From Antedon mediterranea (lineage: Eukaryota > Animalia > Echinodermata), in the NCBI RefSeq assembly GCF_964355755.1, contig NC_092677.1:2688101-2752100 (forward strand): DNA of 64,000 nucleotides. The letters are read 5' to 3'. A program made the translations under genes and the position numbers. The notes below the pieces were generated by a model. The model did not search any database, was not told where the DNA came from, and was given only the letters and a program-made list of their open reading frames with translations. Positions 63,966-64,000 of the stretch are shown piece after piece. Each line of letters begins with the position of its first letter. Position 1 is the stretch's first letter.

Positions 63966-64000
63966 AATTTTTCATTGAACATTCATGTAAATTAATAGCT

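Overview
AT-rich, intron-containing animal genomic DNA. The gene and repeat content suggests a marine invertebrate such as an echinoderm (inference). Three host genes were reconstructed by hand: an intronless class A neuropeptide-type GPCR (minus strand), and the ciliary genes IFT57 (9 coding exons, 415 aa) and TTC12 (15 coding exons, 712 aa), which lie head-to-tail on the plus strand. The rest is a dense mobile-element landscape: a near full-length Rex1/Babar-like LINE, two Academ DNA transposon derivatives (one nested inside a hAT element and itself carrying two insertions), a tandemly duplicated 2.1-kb TIR element carrying a LINE fragment, Harbinger-like MITEs, SINEs, Helentron-type elements and minisatellites. 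The most notable observations are an 18-unit minisatellite built from a TTC12 splice acceptor, a triplicated TTC12 splice donor, a minimal hammerhead ribozyme motif in an IFT57 intron, and an unexplained locally duplicated unit containing a 96-bp repeat that is open in several frames. All calls come from reading the sequence; no searches were run.
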